Assembly (NCBI GenBank): GCA_965224525.1
Contig: OZ245050.1
Location: forward strand, 410,021 to 474,020
Origin: Granulosicoccus sp.
GTDB taxonomy: Bacteria; Pseudomonadota; Gammaproteobacteria; Granulosicoccales; Granulosicoccaceae
Direction of reading: 5' to 3'
DNA: 64,000 nucleotides
The position numbers and the translations under genes are program-made. The notes beneath the pieces were generated by a model. That model made no database searches and had not been told where the DNA came from. It saw nothing but the letters and a program-made list of their open reading frames with translations. This document shows positions 46,623-56,500 of the stretch, piece after piece. Within the stretch, counting starts at the first letter, position 1, and each line of letters starts with the position of its first letter.

Positions 46623-47465
46623 TCATTGACGCGCTGGTTTTTCGAGTAAGGCGCGCAGTGCTTGAACATCAGCACGTAACCTGCCAACTTCTACGCGAGT
46701 CAAAGCGTGTTGATCGTCCAGATGAGATGCCGCAATACGCTGCGCTTCCGCCTTTTTCTCATCGTGTTCAGCCTGCATTGCGTTAACAACGACACCGATG
46801 AACAGATTTAGCATGGTAAATGTTGCGATGAGAATGAAGGTGACGAAGAAAATCCACGCATGTGGAAATACTTCGATAACGGGTCGTGCAATACCCATCG
46901 ACCAGCTTTCGAGCGTCATCACTTGAAACAGTGTGTAGCCACTTTCTCCCAGGGTGCCGAACCAGTGTGGAAATTGATCACCAAACAGTTTGGTCGCCAT
47001 AACCGCGCTGACATAGAAAATTAGCGCCATGACAGCGATGACTGAACCAAGACCTGGCAGGGCGCCAAGCAAACCGCCTACAACTGCTCGCATGGATGGT
47101 ACAAGTGTCAGCAGTCGTAACACGCGCAAAATACGCAACGCTCTTAATACAGCGAATGGGCCAGATGCTGGAAACAAGGCAATACCGACGACCAGAAAAT
47201 CAAAAATACCCCAGGGATCGCGAAAGAAACGCCAGCCGTTGGCCATGATGCGCAAGGTGATTTCGATGACAAACACAAAGAGAATCACGCTGTCGAACCT
47301 TGCCAGCATACCGCCTGATCGCGCAACGATATCCGGATAGGTTTGCAGGCCAAGAATGATGGCATTGATCAGGATCAGGGCAATCAGACCAATTTCGATT
47401 AAAGGGCGCGCTAAAAAGCCCTGCAGGTGATTCTGCCAGCTTTGTCGGGATGCAGTGGTAGACAT
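46623..47465 (-). CDS. Bacterial voltage-gated sodium channel (NaChBac/NavAb-like, BacNav)
   Basis: S4 voltage sensor LRALRILRVLRLL and selectivity filter FQVMTLESWSMGI. Internal start MSTTAS chosen to avoid overlap with the next gene; the ORF track frame extends to 47708. Confidence 0.75.
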   Translation of the reverse strand: MSTTASRQSWQNHLQGFLARPLIEIGLIALILINAIILGLQTYPDIVARSGGMLARFDSVILFVFVIEITLRIMANGWRFFRDPWGIFDFLVVGIALFPASGPFAVLRALRILRVLRLLTLVPSMRAVVGGLLGALPGLGSVIAVMALIFYVSAVMATKLFGDQFPHWFGTLGESGYTLFQVMTLESWSMGIARPVIEVFPHAWIFFVTFILIATFTMLNLFIGVVVNAMQAEHDEKKAEAQRIAASHLDDQHALTRVEVGRLRADVQALRALLEKPARQ

Positions 47466-47538
47466 TTTAGTGAGTGGTTGTCTGTTCCCGCTGACTTGGG
47501 TGCGGGATAAAATGGCCGATGGGCGTGAGCAGTACCGG

Positions 47539-48306
47539 CTATTGTTTCCCGGCGTGATAGGTGCGCAGGTAGTCAATATCGATAAAACCCTTTGAAGCAT
47601 CGGCGCCCGCAATGACTTCGCAAGAATTATCCGCATCGCCCAGGTGGTTGACAATGGTTGCATTGCCACCAAATTCAGCGTTTTTCGTATAGGCATTGAC
47701 GGTGACAAGCGTGCGAATTCCAGCGCCTGTTGAGGACAGATAACCCGGTGCCGAGTCCTCCAGCGCCAGGCATTCTTCAGCGGGTAGATCCATAAGCTTC
47801 AACGTATGGGAATAGATGTCCGGTGCAGGTTTCTTGGCGGGTACGATGTCTCCTGCGGCGATGACTTCGAACCAATCAAGGGATTCCTTGCCGAGTGTGG
47901 CGGTCAATAGCTCGGTGACATTTTCCGGTGTGGTTGTCGTCGCTATTGCCAGGCGTAAACCTGCCTGTCTGGCTTCATCCAGTAAACGCTTGACGCCAGG
48001 TCTTAGCGGTAGTTTGCCGTTACGGACAGTATTCAGATAGTGTCGGGTTTTGATCTTGTGCAATTCAACGGCTTTCTCCCAACGCTCGTCCGCGTTGCTG
48101 CCCAATGCATTGATACGATTGGCGTACTCGACCATGCGTTCCTTGCCACCGGTTACGCGCAGCAGGTCGCCATAGGTTTCAATATTCCAGTTCCAGGACA
48201 GGCCGGCTTCCTTGAAGGCCAGATTGAAAGCCACGCGGTGACCGTCTTTCTCCGTATCTGCAAGTGTACCGTCGACATCGAAAATCAGTGCTTTGAGATC
48301 AGTCAT
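47539..48306 (-). CDS. HAD-IA hydrolase, CbbY/beta-phosphoglucomutase-like
   Basis: ALIFDVDGTLADTE...HRVAFN motif I region. The internal Met MTDLKALIF was chosen as the start. Confidence 0.75.
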   Translation of the reverse strand: MTDLKALIFDVDGTLADTEKDGHRVAFNLAFKEAGLSWNWNIETYGDLLRVTGGKERMVEYANRINALGSNADERWEKAVELHKIKTRHYLNTVRNGKLPLRPGVKRLLDEARQAGLRLAIATTTTPENVTELLTATLGKESLDWFEVIAAGDIVPAKKPAPDIYSHTLKLMDLPAEECLALEDSAPGYLSSTGAGIRTLVTVNAYTKNAEFGGNATIVNHLGDADNSCEVIAGADASKGFIDIDYLRTYHAGKQ

Positions 48307-48380
48307 GTCCAGAGTTTCGGTTTTGTTGCTGCACAGCATAACGTGAGACGGGTGTCGAATGAAGTGATCGACTTTTAATG

Positions 48381-49283
48381 TTAGGCAGTATCGTCCACAC
48401 GTTTCCAGTTTTCTTCATCCAGCTTGACGCGATATTTCAACCAGCTCTGAAATTCGGCATAGGTCGATCGCCTGGTTTTACGCCGGTTGCTGCCCGCCAT
48501 GATCTTGAAGGAAACTGTAGCGTTCGCTTTGTCATCATCGGCTGATATGTCGAGCACTTGCCTTACAGACCAGTCCTCCCCGTATTTACCATTGCTGTAA
48601 CAGCGGCCTGTGGCGAGATGTACCAGAGAGCGGGGATGGTGGTGCGCAGTCTGTGTGGCAATGTCGTATATACGGATCAGATCATCTTCATTGATATCGA
48701 TGAAGGTATCCAGCTCACTCAGGGCATAGACAAAATCCTCATGCGCAATAGTACGGGTTTGCGCGTGCTTGTCTGCCGTTTCGGGTGGCGACATTTTACG
48801 GTGCAGAGACGATGGATAACGGCGCCAGGGAAACAAAAAATTGAAGCTGAAGCCGATGGCAAGAATTATCAACACATTCAGCAAAATGGGCGTCAGTACA
48901 AACTGATAACCCAGTTCGTGTACTGCCTGCCCGCCGACAACTGCCGACAGGGCAGTCGCACCGCCCGGTGGGTGTGTGCAGCGGGCGTAGTACATCACAC
49001 CGATGGCAGCGCCGACCGCTACGCTGGCAGCCAGAACTTCGTTGGGAATAAATTTCGCGCAGCTAACACCAATCACGGCGGATATTATATGACCACCCAA
49101 TACCGGCCAGGGTTGTGACAGCAGACCATGAGGAACGGCAAACAGCAAGACGGCGGATGCGCCCATGGATGCAACAATCAGTGCAGCACCGCCGGCACCT
49201 ACCGACCAGCGGCTGATAGTAAGAATGCAAAATATGGCGATGAAGCCGCCGAGGGCGGATACCAGTTTTTCCGCGTGACTCAC
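48381..49283 (-). CDS. HPP-family integral membrane protein with a C-terminal soluble domain of unknown function
   Basis: N-terminal 4-TM HPP-like region. Confidence 0.5.
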   Translation of the reverse strand: MSHAEKLVSALGGFIAIFCILTISRWSVGAGGAALIVASMGASAVLLFAVPHGLLSQPWPVLGGHIISAVIGVSCAKFIPNEVLAASVAVGAAIGVMYYARCTHPPGGATALSAVVGGQAVHELGYQFVLTPILLNVLIILAIGFSFNFLFPWRRYPSSLHRKMSPPETADKHAQTRTIAHEDFVYALSELDTFIDINEDDLIRIYDIATQTAHHHPRSLVHLATGRCYSNGKYGEDWSVRQVLDISADDDKANATVSFKIMAGSNRRKTRRSTYAEFQSWLKYRVKLDEENWKRVDDTA

Positions 49284-49403
49284 CCGAACACTACTCCCCG
49301 TTGTTTACCGGCAAAATACATATTCTTGTCTGGAATATGATCGATCGAAAGTAGTCATTGTATTTCAAGTTGCGGTGATAGCACACTGAGGCGGGAAGCT
49401 GGA

Positions 49404-50303
49404 GTGTTTCAAGTGAGCGGCTGGGTTGCATTTACATTATTGGCGGCGTTGATGCAGGCGGTGCGCACAGCGGGTCAGAAAAAACTGTCCAGTGACATCA
49501 GCCCGATGGGCTCCACCTTTGTCCGCTATGCCTTCGGATTACCTTTTGTCGCAGTCTACCTGCTTTATATCGCTGGTGAGCACAGTCAGGCCCATATTGC
49601 GCTGGCAGTGCAAAATCCGCGTTTCCTTCTTTTCGCAACGCTTGCCAGCATCGGCCAGATCATCGCCACATTTTTGCTGGTCAAGGTGTTCAGTTTCCGA
49701 AATTTTGCGGTTGGTACCAGCCTGGCGAAAACCGAAGCGGTACAAGCTGCGGTTCTGGCAACCGTTTTTTTTGCTTCTCCGTTGTCCGCGATGGGCTGGC
49801 TGGCGGTGCTGATTGGCTTTGTTGGCATTTTTATTCTCAGCAAACCGGGCTACAACCAAACCTGGAACATTCAAAGCGTATCCTGGGGGCTGCTATCCGG
49901 AACGGCTTTTGCGCTAACGTCCCTGTGGCTGCGCGAGGCCAGTTTGAGTTTGAATACCGGTGTGCTGACCAGTGCCGCGGTCACCTTGTTCATCATGGTT
50001 TGCTTCCAGACGGTGCTGTGTGTTGTGTACCTGTATGCGCTGGAGCGCGATCAGTTTTCCGGTATCAGAAAGCAGCTGCGGCTGGCCTCATTTGTTGGTC
50101 TGACCAGCGCGCTGGGGTCGGTTGGCTGGTTCACTGCAATGACCTGGGAAAACCCGGCATTGGTCAAATCTCTCGGTCAGATCGAGATTGTTTTTACTTT
50201 ACTGTTAACCACCATGCTTTTTGGTGAAAGAGTGACTGTTCGGGAATATGCGGGCGTTCTGATCATCATCGCCAGTGTCTTACTGCTACTTCTGTTGAAA
50301 TAG
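49404..50303 (+). CDS. DMT-superfamily (EamA-like) transporter
   Basis: Ten predicted TM helices in two repeats. Length 299 aa. Confidence 0.7.
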   Translation: MFQVSGWVAFTLLAALMQAVRTAGQKKLSSDISPMGSTFVRYAFGLPFVAVYLLYIAGEHSQAHIALAVQNPRFLLFATLASIGQIIATFLLVKVFSFRNFAVGTSLAKTEAVQAAVLATVFFASPLSAMGWLAVLIGFVGIFILSKPGYNQTWNIQSVSWGLLSGTAFALTSLWLREASLSLNTGVLTSAAVTLFIMVCFQTVLCVVYLYALERDQFSGIRKQLRLASFVGLTSALGSVGWFTAMTWENPALVKSLGQIEIVFTLLLTTMLFGERVTVREYAGVLIIIASVLLLLLLK

Positions 50304-50394
50304 TGTTGTAATTCGTTGCAAACCCGATACCTGTCTCAACAAAAGTTGAGACGGTTGACTATTATCAGCCCACCTCCGTAGCACTGCAATTGAT

Positions 50395-51231
50395 ATGACC
50401 TGGTTCGATGCACTAATCCTTGGAATTGTCGAAGGACTGACCGAATACCTGCCGGTTAGCTCTACCGGGCATTTGATCCTGACACAATGGCTATTGGGCC
50501 TTGATCAGGAGCCTGAGCTGCGTCAGGCAGTTGACAGTTTTAATATCATCGTGCAATCGGGCGCTATTTTGGCGGTGCTCGGACTCTATCGCGCGCGGGT
50601 CGTGCAGATGCTGCAGGGTCTGGTGGGAAAAAACCCGGATGGTCAACGACTGGCATTTCAGTTGATTGTGGCGTTTATTCCGGCGGCGATTCTGGGGCCG
50701 TTACTTGATAGCCGTATTGAGGATTATCTGTTTCACCCGGCGCCGGTTATTCTAGCCCTGTTTCTTGGTGGTATCTTGATGCTGGTGGTGGCGAAACGCC
50801 ATCAGATTCGAGATGCCATGGCAGGCTTTGAAGTGGAAGATCTGACCTATCGTATGGCATTCCTGATTGGGCTGGCGCAAACCGTGGCTATGTGGCCTGG
50901 TACCAGCCGTTCGATGATGACCATTGTTGCGGCTATCCTGCTCGGTATGCGGCCGAGAGCTGCGGCAGAAATATCATTCCTGCTTGGTCTGGTTACATTG
51001 GGCGCTGCTACCGTCTATAAGAGCATTCAGGGCGGGCAGCAAATGATTGAACAACTGGGTGTTATGCCAGTTGTGGTGGGTCTGATAGCAGCAACCGTTT
51101 CGGCAGCGCTGGCGGTTGAGTGGTTTGTCAATTTTCTTTCGCGTAAAGGCCTGGCACCGTTTGGCTGGTACCGCCTGGTGTTGTCGGCTGTATTAGTGGC
51201 GTTGACGCTTGCAGGGACACTAACGTTCTAG
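50395..51231 (+). CDS. uppP: Undecaprenyl-diphosphate phosphatase
   Basis: MTWFDALILGIVEGLTEYLPVSSTGHLIL is the hallmark UppP/BacA N-terminus. Length 278 aa. Confidence 0.9.
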   Translation: MTWFDALILGIVEGLTEYLPVSSTGHLILTQWLLGLDQEPELRQAVDSFNIIVQSGAILAVLGLYRARVVQMLQGLVGKNPDGQRLAFQLIVAFIPAAILGPLLDSRIEDYLFHPAPVILALFLGGILMLVVAKRHQIRDAMAGFEVEDLTYRMAFLIGLAQTVAMWPGTSRSMMTIVAAILLGMRPRAAAEISFLLGLVTLGAATVYKSIQGGQQMIEQLGVMPVVVGLIAATVSAALAVEWFVNFLSRKGLAPFGWYRLVLSAVLVALTLAGTLTF

Positions 51232-51283
51232 TATGCCGCAACAACAGACTGCTGATTCATTGCCAGGTTGTTGTGTGCCGAAA

Positions 51284-52591
51284 TCAAGGGCAGATTGTGT
51301 TCTCACACACGCGCCGTAATCTCAGTGCATCTGTATCGGGTAGTTCAGCAACATGCTCATAGGTAATTGTCTGTCCTTTGGTGACAGGTGACTTCATGGC
51401 TACCCCATGCGCAAGTCCAATCGGCAGCGCCTTGTTTTGTACACTGGTGACTGCAGGCAGCAATTTCCCCCAGACCGTGTAGCCACCTTCGCCATCCAGC
51501 GTATCGCCCACGGACAGGTCGCGTTTGGCAATGGCTACCGCATCACCCTTGAAGCTGCGAGTACAGCCAGTTGGCTCATGCCTTAATGCTGCACTGAGTA
51601 CCGAGATAGACAGTTCCAGACCGATCAGATGGAACGGTTTGTATTGCGCGGCATACTGGCCCGTTGAGTCGGTTATCAGGCCGTACTGTTTAAAGCAGGC
51701 GGCGGCGTAGTCGTTTTGTGCTTCAAGTACGACATACACCCCCCAGCGCAAATCGCGGAAAACAGGTCGACCATCGCGCTCCAGGCTGGACACCACTTCG
51801 ACAATGCCGCTCTTTTCCAATACACCGCCAACAGATTCCGGCCTGAGCACATGTGCCAGGTCGTCCACACCGCAAGGGGGAAACAACAACCCGTCAGTCG
51901 GGACATCCAGATTGCAGGCATTGCTGATGGCGGCCATTTCGATAGCCGACTTGGTGCCGTCCAGAAAGGAATTGAACATTTGCGGATTCATCCCTGCAGC
52001 ATTGGCCTCGCTGGCTGACAGGCCATAGAAATCCCAGACATCGTCTGGTGTGACAGAGTGATAGGCAGGCAAGTATCGTGTGCCTTTACCGGCTGCCGCC
52101 ACGTCGAAACCAGTGGCGCGAGCCCAGTCGACCATCTCTGCAACCAGCGCCGGCTGGTCACCATAAGCCATGGAGTACACCACACCAGCTGACTGCGCGC
52201 GCATCGCCAGTTCTGCACCGGCAAGCACATCGGCTTCGACGTTGACCATGACAATGTGTTTGCCTTGTTTGATAGCCTCTAGTGCATGCGTACATCCAGC
52301 CAGCGGATTACCTGTTGCCTCGATAACTACTTCGATATCGTCCTGCTGACACAAAGCCACACCGTCATCGGTGAAATGGCAGGCATCGACAAGCGATTGA
52401 TCCCAACCGGTGTTGTTGCAGGCCTTACGCGCGCGGTCAGGTGATAGGTCGGCAATTGCGGTGACTTGCAAGCCTGTGATATTTGGTACTTGCGACAGAA
52501 ACATCGAGCCGAACTTGCCGCAGCCAATCAGTCCTACCTTGACGGGATTGCCTTTGTCATGGCGTGCTGCCAGAAGGGTCATCAGGTTCAT
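51284..52591 (-). CDS. NAD(P)-binding dehydrogenase (COG4091 predicted-homoserine-dehydrogenase-like) with a C-terminal SAF domain
   Basis: Rossmann motif VGLIGCGKFG. C-terminal SAF-like ...GDTLDGEGGYTVWGKLLP... Internal Met start chosen. Confidence 0.6.
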   Translation of the reverse strand: MNLMTLLAARHDKGNPVKVGLIGCGKFGSMFLSQVPNITGLQVTAIADLSPDRARKACNNTGWDQSLVDACHFTDDGVALCQQDDIEVVIEATGNPLAGCTHALEAIKQGKHIVMVNVEADVLAGAELAMRAQSAGVVYSMAYGDQPALVAEMVDWARATGFDVAAAGKGTRYLPAYHSVTPDDVWDFYGLSASEANAAGMNPQMFNSFLDGTKSAIEMAAISNACNLDVPTDGLLFPPCGVDDLAHVLRPESVGGVLEKSGIVEVVSSLERDGRPVFRDLRWGVYVVLEAQNDYAAACFKQYGLITDSTGQYAAQYKPFHLIGLELSISVLSAALRHEPTGCTRSFKGDAVAIAKRDLSVGDTLDGEGGYTVWGKLLPAVTSVQNKALPIGLAHGVAMKSPVTKGQTITYEHVAELPDTDALRLRRVCENTICP

Positions 52592-52653
52592 TGTGATCTG
52601 ACTCGTGATGGCTTTGCTTAAAGTGATCAGGCGTTGCCTGCTGAAATGGCGGG

Positions 52654-54189
52654 TCAGATCACCTGCCACTTTCGCAGTTGATCGGAACTGACATTGCTGC
52701 CACACAGAATAGCGGCAACCCGTCGGTCTGCAAAGCGGGAATTGTCTGCGAGTACCGCTGCAATGCCAGCCGCACCGGAAGGCTCCAGAACCAGTCCTGC
52801 GTGTGAGAACGCCAGTTGCATTGCGCTGATAATGTGCGAGTCTTCAACCAGTACCACATCGTCGATCAGTCCGTCGAGGTCCTTGACAACTTCCGGTACT
52901 GGGATACGGACTGCTATACCGTCGGCGATAGTTGTCGCGTTTTCAGTTGAGATCGCTTTTGCAGCCCGCCATGAGCGATACATGGCATCAGCACCACTTG
53001 CACAAACCCCGATGATTTCAGTTGTGGGTGTGCTGGCCTTCACCCAGCGGGCAATGCCTGTAAGCATGGCCCCGTTACCCAGAGGCACAAGAATCACATC
53101 GGGTGCACTGCCTGCGGCGAGCAGTTCAATGGCGATGGTGCCATGTCCTTCGCTGACTTCTGCCTCCCGTCCGTCTTCAACGAACAACAGCTGATTGTCA
53201 GCGGCGAAATGACGACCGGCATCCTTTGCTGCATCAAAATCATTACCCGCCAACTGCACATCAGCGCCCAGATCACGCATGCGTTGAACTTTGAGCTTGC
53301 TGGCGTTAATGGCGGCAAAGACAGTGACAGCAATATTTTCAGATCGACAAGTATAGGCGACAGCCTGACCCCAGTTACCAGCGCTGGCGCAAACAACCCG
53401 CTTGCCCAACGTATTTTGCGCCAGTCTTGAGCGCACCAGATAACTTGCACCGCGCCCCTTGAAACTGCGTAGCGGGTTGGCGGTTTCGAGTTTTATCAGC
53501 AGTTCACAACCCAGTGCATCGGCAAGAGCAGAATCGATATATTGCGGTGAATTGACAAAGCATTTGTCGACAACTTGTGCAGCGCTGCGAATACCGGCCA
53601 GGGTAATGCGATGTTCAGCGCTTGAGCGCTCACCAATCAGTTGGTCTCGTTCGTCGATAGGACGTTCACTATGTATATCGTTTGTGTGTGATGTCATCAA
53701 CACGCCATTGAGGTGATCAATTTCATGCTGAACGAGTTCGGATAGTTCTTCTGGCAAATTGAGCCAGTGCCGCTCGTGGCCTGATTCGTCCGTATACCGA
53801 ACATCGATATGACAGTTTCTGCTGACCTGGCAAATACGATCCGGTACGCTTAGGCAATCGTCCCACAGCGTAAAGGTAGAATCACTTTGTTTTGTGATTT
53901 CCGGGTTGATCAATGTGAAGGGCGTACCACCCAGTTGCAGTGCGATGATGCGATGCGATTCACCAATTTGTGGTGCGGCTATGGCGCGACCAAAACCGCT
54001 GGTTATTCTGAAATTGGCAAGCGTTGCGTGCAGGGTGGCAATGATATCGATGATTGAGTCGTCAATCCGGCCAACGGCTGTAGCAGTTGTCGTTAACACT
54101 GGATCGCCTTCAGTGCGAATGACTGCTGGCGTCGTATCGGGAAGGTTACGCAAGCGGCGTGCGGTTGTTATCAGTGGCGGTAGAATCAT
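52654..54189 (-). CDS. Fusion protein: N-terminal peptide-deformylase-fold domain plus C-terminal PLP-dependent threonine/serine-dehydratase-like (tryptophan-synthase-beta superfamily) domain
   Basis: PDF motifs GFGRAIAAPQIG, DDCLSVPD and QHEIDHLNG. The PLP-lysine motif SFKGRGASYLV and glycine-rich PLP loop follow downstream. Confidence 0.65.
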   Translation of the reverse strand: MILPPLITTARRLRNLPDTTPAVIRTEGDPVLTTTATAVGRIDDSIIDIIATLHATLANFRITSGFGRAIAAPQIGESHRIIALQLGGTPFTLINPEITKQSDSTFTLWDDCLSVPDRICQVSRNCHIDVRYTDESGHERHWLNLPEELSELVQHEIDHLNGVLMTSHTNDIHSERPIDERDQLIGERSSAEHRITLAGIRSAAQVVDKCFVNSPQYIDSALADALGCELLIKLETANPLRSFKGRGASYLVRSRLAQNTLGKRVVCASAGNWGQAVAYTCRSENIAVTVFAAINASKLKVQRMRDLGADVQLAGNDFDAAKDAGRHFAADNQLLFVEDGREAEVSEGHGTIAIELLAAGSAPDVILVPLGNGAMLTGIARWVKASTPTTEIIGVCASGADAMYRSWRAAKAISTENATTIADGIAVRIPVPEVVKDLDGLIDDVVLVEDSHIISAMQLAFSHAGLVLEPSGAAGIAAVLADNSRFADRRVAAILCGSNVSSDQLRKWQVI

Positions 54190-54328
54190 GGTTCGCTGGT
54201 GGTTACAGGCCTCAGGTGATTATCATTCTTTTTGAACAGCGAATTGCGGCTTTTTTGATTCGTTTGACGCCGCCATACGGCTTGAACCAACGATATTGGT
54301 TATCGATACAAACACAGTTAACCGGATT

Positions 54329-54826
54329 ATGCAGAACATGACAGTATCCCTTGACCAGCAAGATCACCGCATCCTTGCTTTGGTGCAGTTCGATATCCGC
54401 ATGAGTTCGGCAGCCATTGGTGACAAAGTGGGGCTGTCGGCAACTGCGGTGCAGCGCAGACTACAGCGTATGCGGGATGCCGGTGTAATAACAGCGGAAG
54501 TGGCGGTCATTGACCCTGCACTTGTCGGTTTGCCGGTGAGCGTCATTGTTGAGGTGGATATAGCGCGAGAAACCGGTGATGACCTGGATCGGTTTCAGAA
54601 TTTGATGGTGACGTGTGATGAGGTTCGCCAGTGCTGGTATACAACGGGCAAGGTTGATTTCGTCTTGCTTGTGGATGCGCCGGACATGACAGCCTATGAG
54701 GCATTTACCCGACGTGTTTTGATCAACAACGACAATGTGTTGAGCTTTACCAGTCTGGTCGTGCTGGATGAGATCAAGAATGGGCCAGTGGTCAGTATCA
54801 GATCTGCCAACTCCACGGCAGATTGA
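54329..54826 (+). CDS. Lrp/AsnC-family transcriptional regulator, divergent from the PDF-PLP operon
   Basis: HTH_AsnC N-terminus (LDQQDHRILALVQFDIRMSSAAIGDKVGLSATAVQRRLQRM) plus an RAM C-terminal domain. Confidence 0.8.
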   Translation: MQNMTVSLDQQDHRILALVQFDIRMSSAAIGDKVGLSATAVQRRLQRMRDAGVITAEVAVIDPALVGLPVSVIVEVDIARETGDDLDRFQNLMVTCDEVRQCWYTTGKVDFVLLVDAPDMTAYEAFTRRVLINNDNVLSFTSLVVLDEIKNGPVVSIRSANSTAD

Positions 54827-54853
54827 GCTTGTTGTGAAATATAGTAAACAGGT

Positions 54854-55324
54854 TTGCAATATGACTGGTCTGATAATAGAGCAACAGTGAGTATGTGGAG
54901 TCAGTCTCATCGCAAGTTATATAAAGGCCTGGATTCAAGTAGTGCATGGGCGGTCTGGACGGATATCAACCAGTGGCATACCTGGCAGCCGGATATCGAA
55001 TATGCAAAGCTCAATGGAGCGTTCGCTGTTGGCAGTACAGTCAGCATCAAGCCAAAAAGCGGGCCAGCGGTCAAGATAGAGCTGATCGAGGTTGAAGCGG
55101 GTCGCCTGTTCACTGACCTGACAAGATTCCCGTTGGCAAAGATGGTTGGCCGACACGAATTCATCGAGCGTGCCGATGGACTGGAAGTGGTTACCACGAT
55201 GAGCATCGAAGGCAGACTTGCCTTTTTGTGGAAAAAGCTTGTTGCCGAGAGCATTGTTCGCAACATGCCGGAGCAAACAGATAACATGGTTAAAAAAGCA
55301 AACAGTGTCCGGATTCAAGCATAA
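54854..55324 (+). CDS. SRPBCC (START/Bet v1-like, polyketide-cyclase-like) family protein
   Basis: Size and hydrophobic beta-grip pattern; weak assignment. Confidence 0.45.
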   Translation: MQYDWSDNRATVSMWSQSHRKLYKGLDSSSAWAVWTDINQWHTWQPDIEYAKLNGAFAVGSTVSIKPKSGPAVKIELIEVEAGRLFTDLTRFPLAKMVGRHEFIERADGLEVVTTMSIEGRLAFLWKKLVAESIVRNMPEQTDNMVKKANSVRIQA

Positions 55325-55754
55325 AACACCCGACGACAGCACAGGCTTTCTGTTGTGGAAGCTCAGCAGCCTGTGGCAGCAGATGCTGGCGGCGGAGCTG
55401 AGTCGCTTCGATATCAATCAAACCCAGTTTGCGATACTGGCCTCGCTCAAGTGGTTTTCCGGGAACGCGCAAACTGCGACACAAACCACATTGGTGGCGC
55501 ATGCGAAAATTGAGAAAATGACATTGTCGAAATCCATCAGGCTGTTGGAGCGACAAGGCCTGGTTGCAAGGTCAAAATCCCGTGAAGACGGGCGTACGGT
55601 TGCCGTGGTTTTGTCGCCCGAAGGTGCGAGGGTTATAGACAAGGCACTTGTTGCGGTAGAGAATGCCGATGAAATGTTTTTTGGTAAGCTGAAACCGGGG
55701 AAGCTGCGTGATTTCCAGGCGCTGATGCGGCATCTTGTCGAAAGCGCCGCTTGA
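55218..55754 (+). CDS. MarR-family transcriptional regulator (the true start probably lies downstream of 55218)
   Basis: wHTH ...NQTQFAILASLKWF...LSKSIRLLERQGLVARSKSREDGRTVAVVLSPEG... Confidence 0.65.
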   Translation: MPFCGKSLLPRALFATCRSKQITWLKKQTVSGFKHKTPDDSTGFLLWKLSSLWQQMLAAELSRFDINQTQFAILASLKWFSGNAQTATQTTLVAHAKIEKMTLSKSIRLLERQGLVARSKSREDGRTVAVVLSPEGARVIDKALVAVENADEMFFGKLKPGKLRDFQALMRHLVESAA

Positions 55755-55839
55755 TGTTCAATTTGATGCCAGAATAAGAGGGTGACGACGTGAATCACCA
55801 ACAAAAAATGCTCCGCCCCGCTGATTTAAGGTCTGATAA

Positions 55840-56487
55840 ATGAAAAGCCCCGAGCGCAGGAATTTTACGGCCCCTACCAGATCACTGATGAAACGGATTG
55901 ATGTGGGTCTGTTTACCGCAGTCGTTGCCGTACTGCTGAGTTTTCTGACAGTCATGATGGAGAAGCAGACGCAAAAAGCCAGAGTCTTGCCGATCATACA
56001 AATGAACATGGGCTATGAATATGTGACGGCCCCCTACACATTCAAGATTACGTTATCCAACTCCGGCGCCGGCATTGCCTATGTGCAAAACGTACGGCCG
56101 CTGATTGGCGGTCAACCAGTTGCCGGGCATCAGGTTCTTCAGGATGCACTGATGAATGGACGCATGTTCGGAAATGCAAAATTTGAAGAACAGGCTGCTG
56201 CGGGATTTTTGAGTCCGGGCAATTCAGTTACTCCCTGGAGTTTTACCTGGACAGAGAATGGTCGCAGCGAAATTGAAGCCTATTTGCGCGGCGACTACGG
56301 CGCGCCGATGGAAGGTGTTGATCTGGAAGTGTGTTACTGCTCGGTATTTGATGATTGCTGGAAAGCGCTGGCTTCAAGCACTGGCAAACCCAAGCCGGTC
56401 AACAGCTGCGGGCGCGGTGACAAGCAGGATGATTTCTTCAAGCAATCGATTGCGGATCGTGCAGCGGAAATGCTTGCGACGGAGTGA
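55840..56487 (+). CDS. Hypothetical membrane-anchored protein
   Basis: ORF with one N-terminal TM helix. No motif recognised. Confidence 0.4.
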   Translation: MKSPERRNFTAPTRSLMKRIDVGLFTAVVAVLLSFLTVMMEKQTQKARVLPIIQMNMGYEYVTAPYTFKITLSNSGAGIAYVQNVRPLIGGQPVAGHQVLQDALMNGRMFGNAKFEEQAAAGFLSPGNSVTPWSFTWTENGRSEIEAYLRGDYGAPMEGVDLEVCYCSVFDDCWKALASSTGKPKPVNSCGRGDKQDDFFKQSIADRAAEMLATE

Positions 56488-56500
56488 TTGTGAGGGTTTG

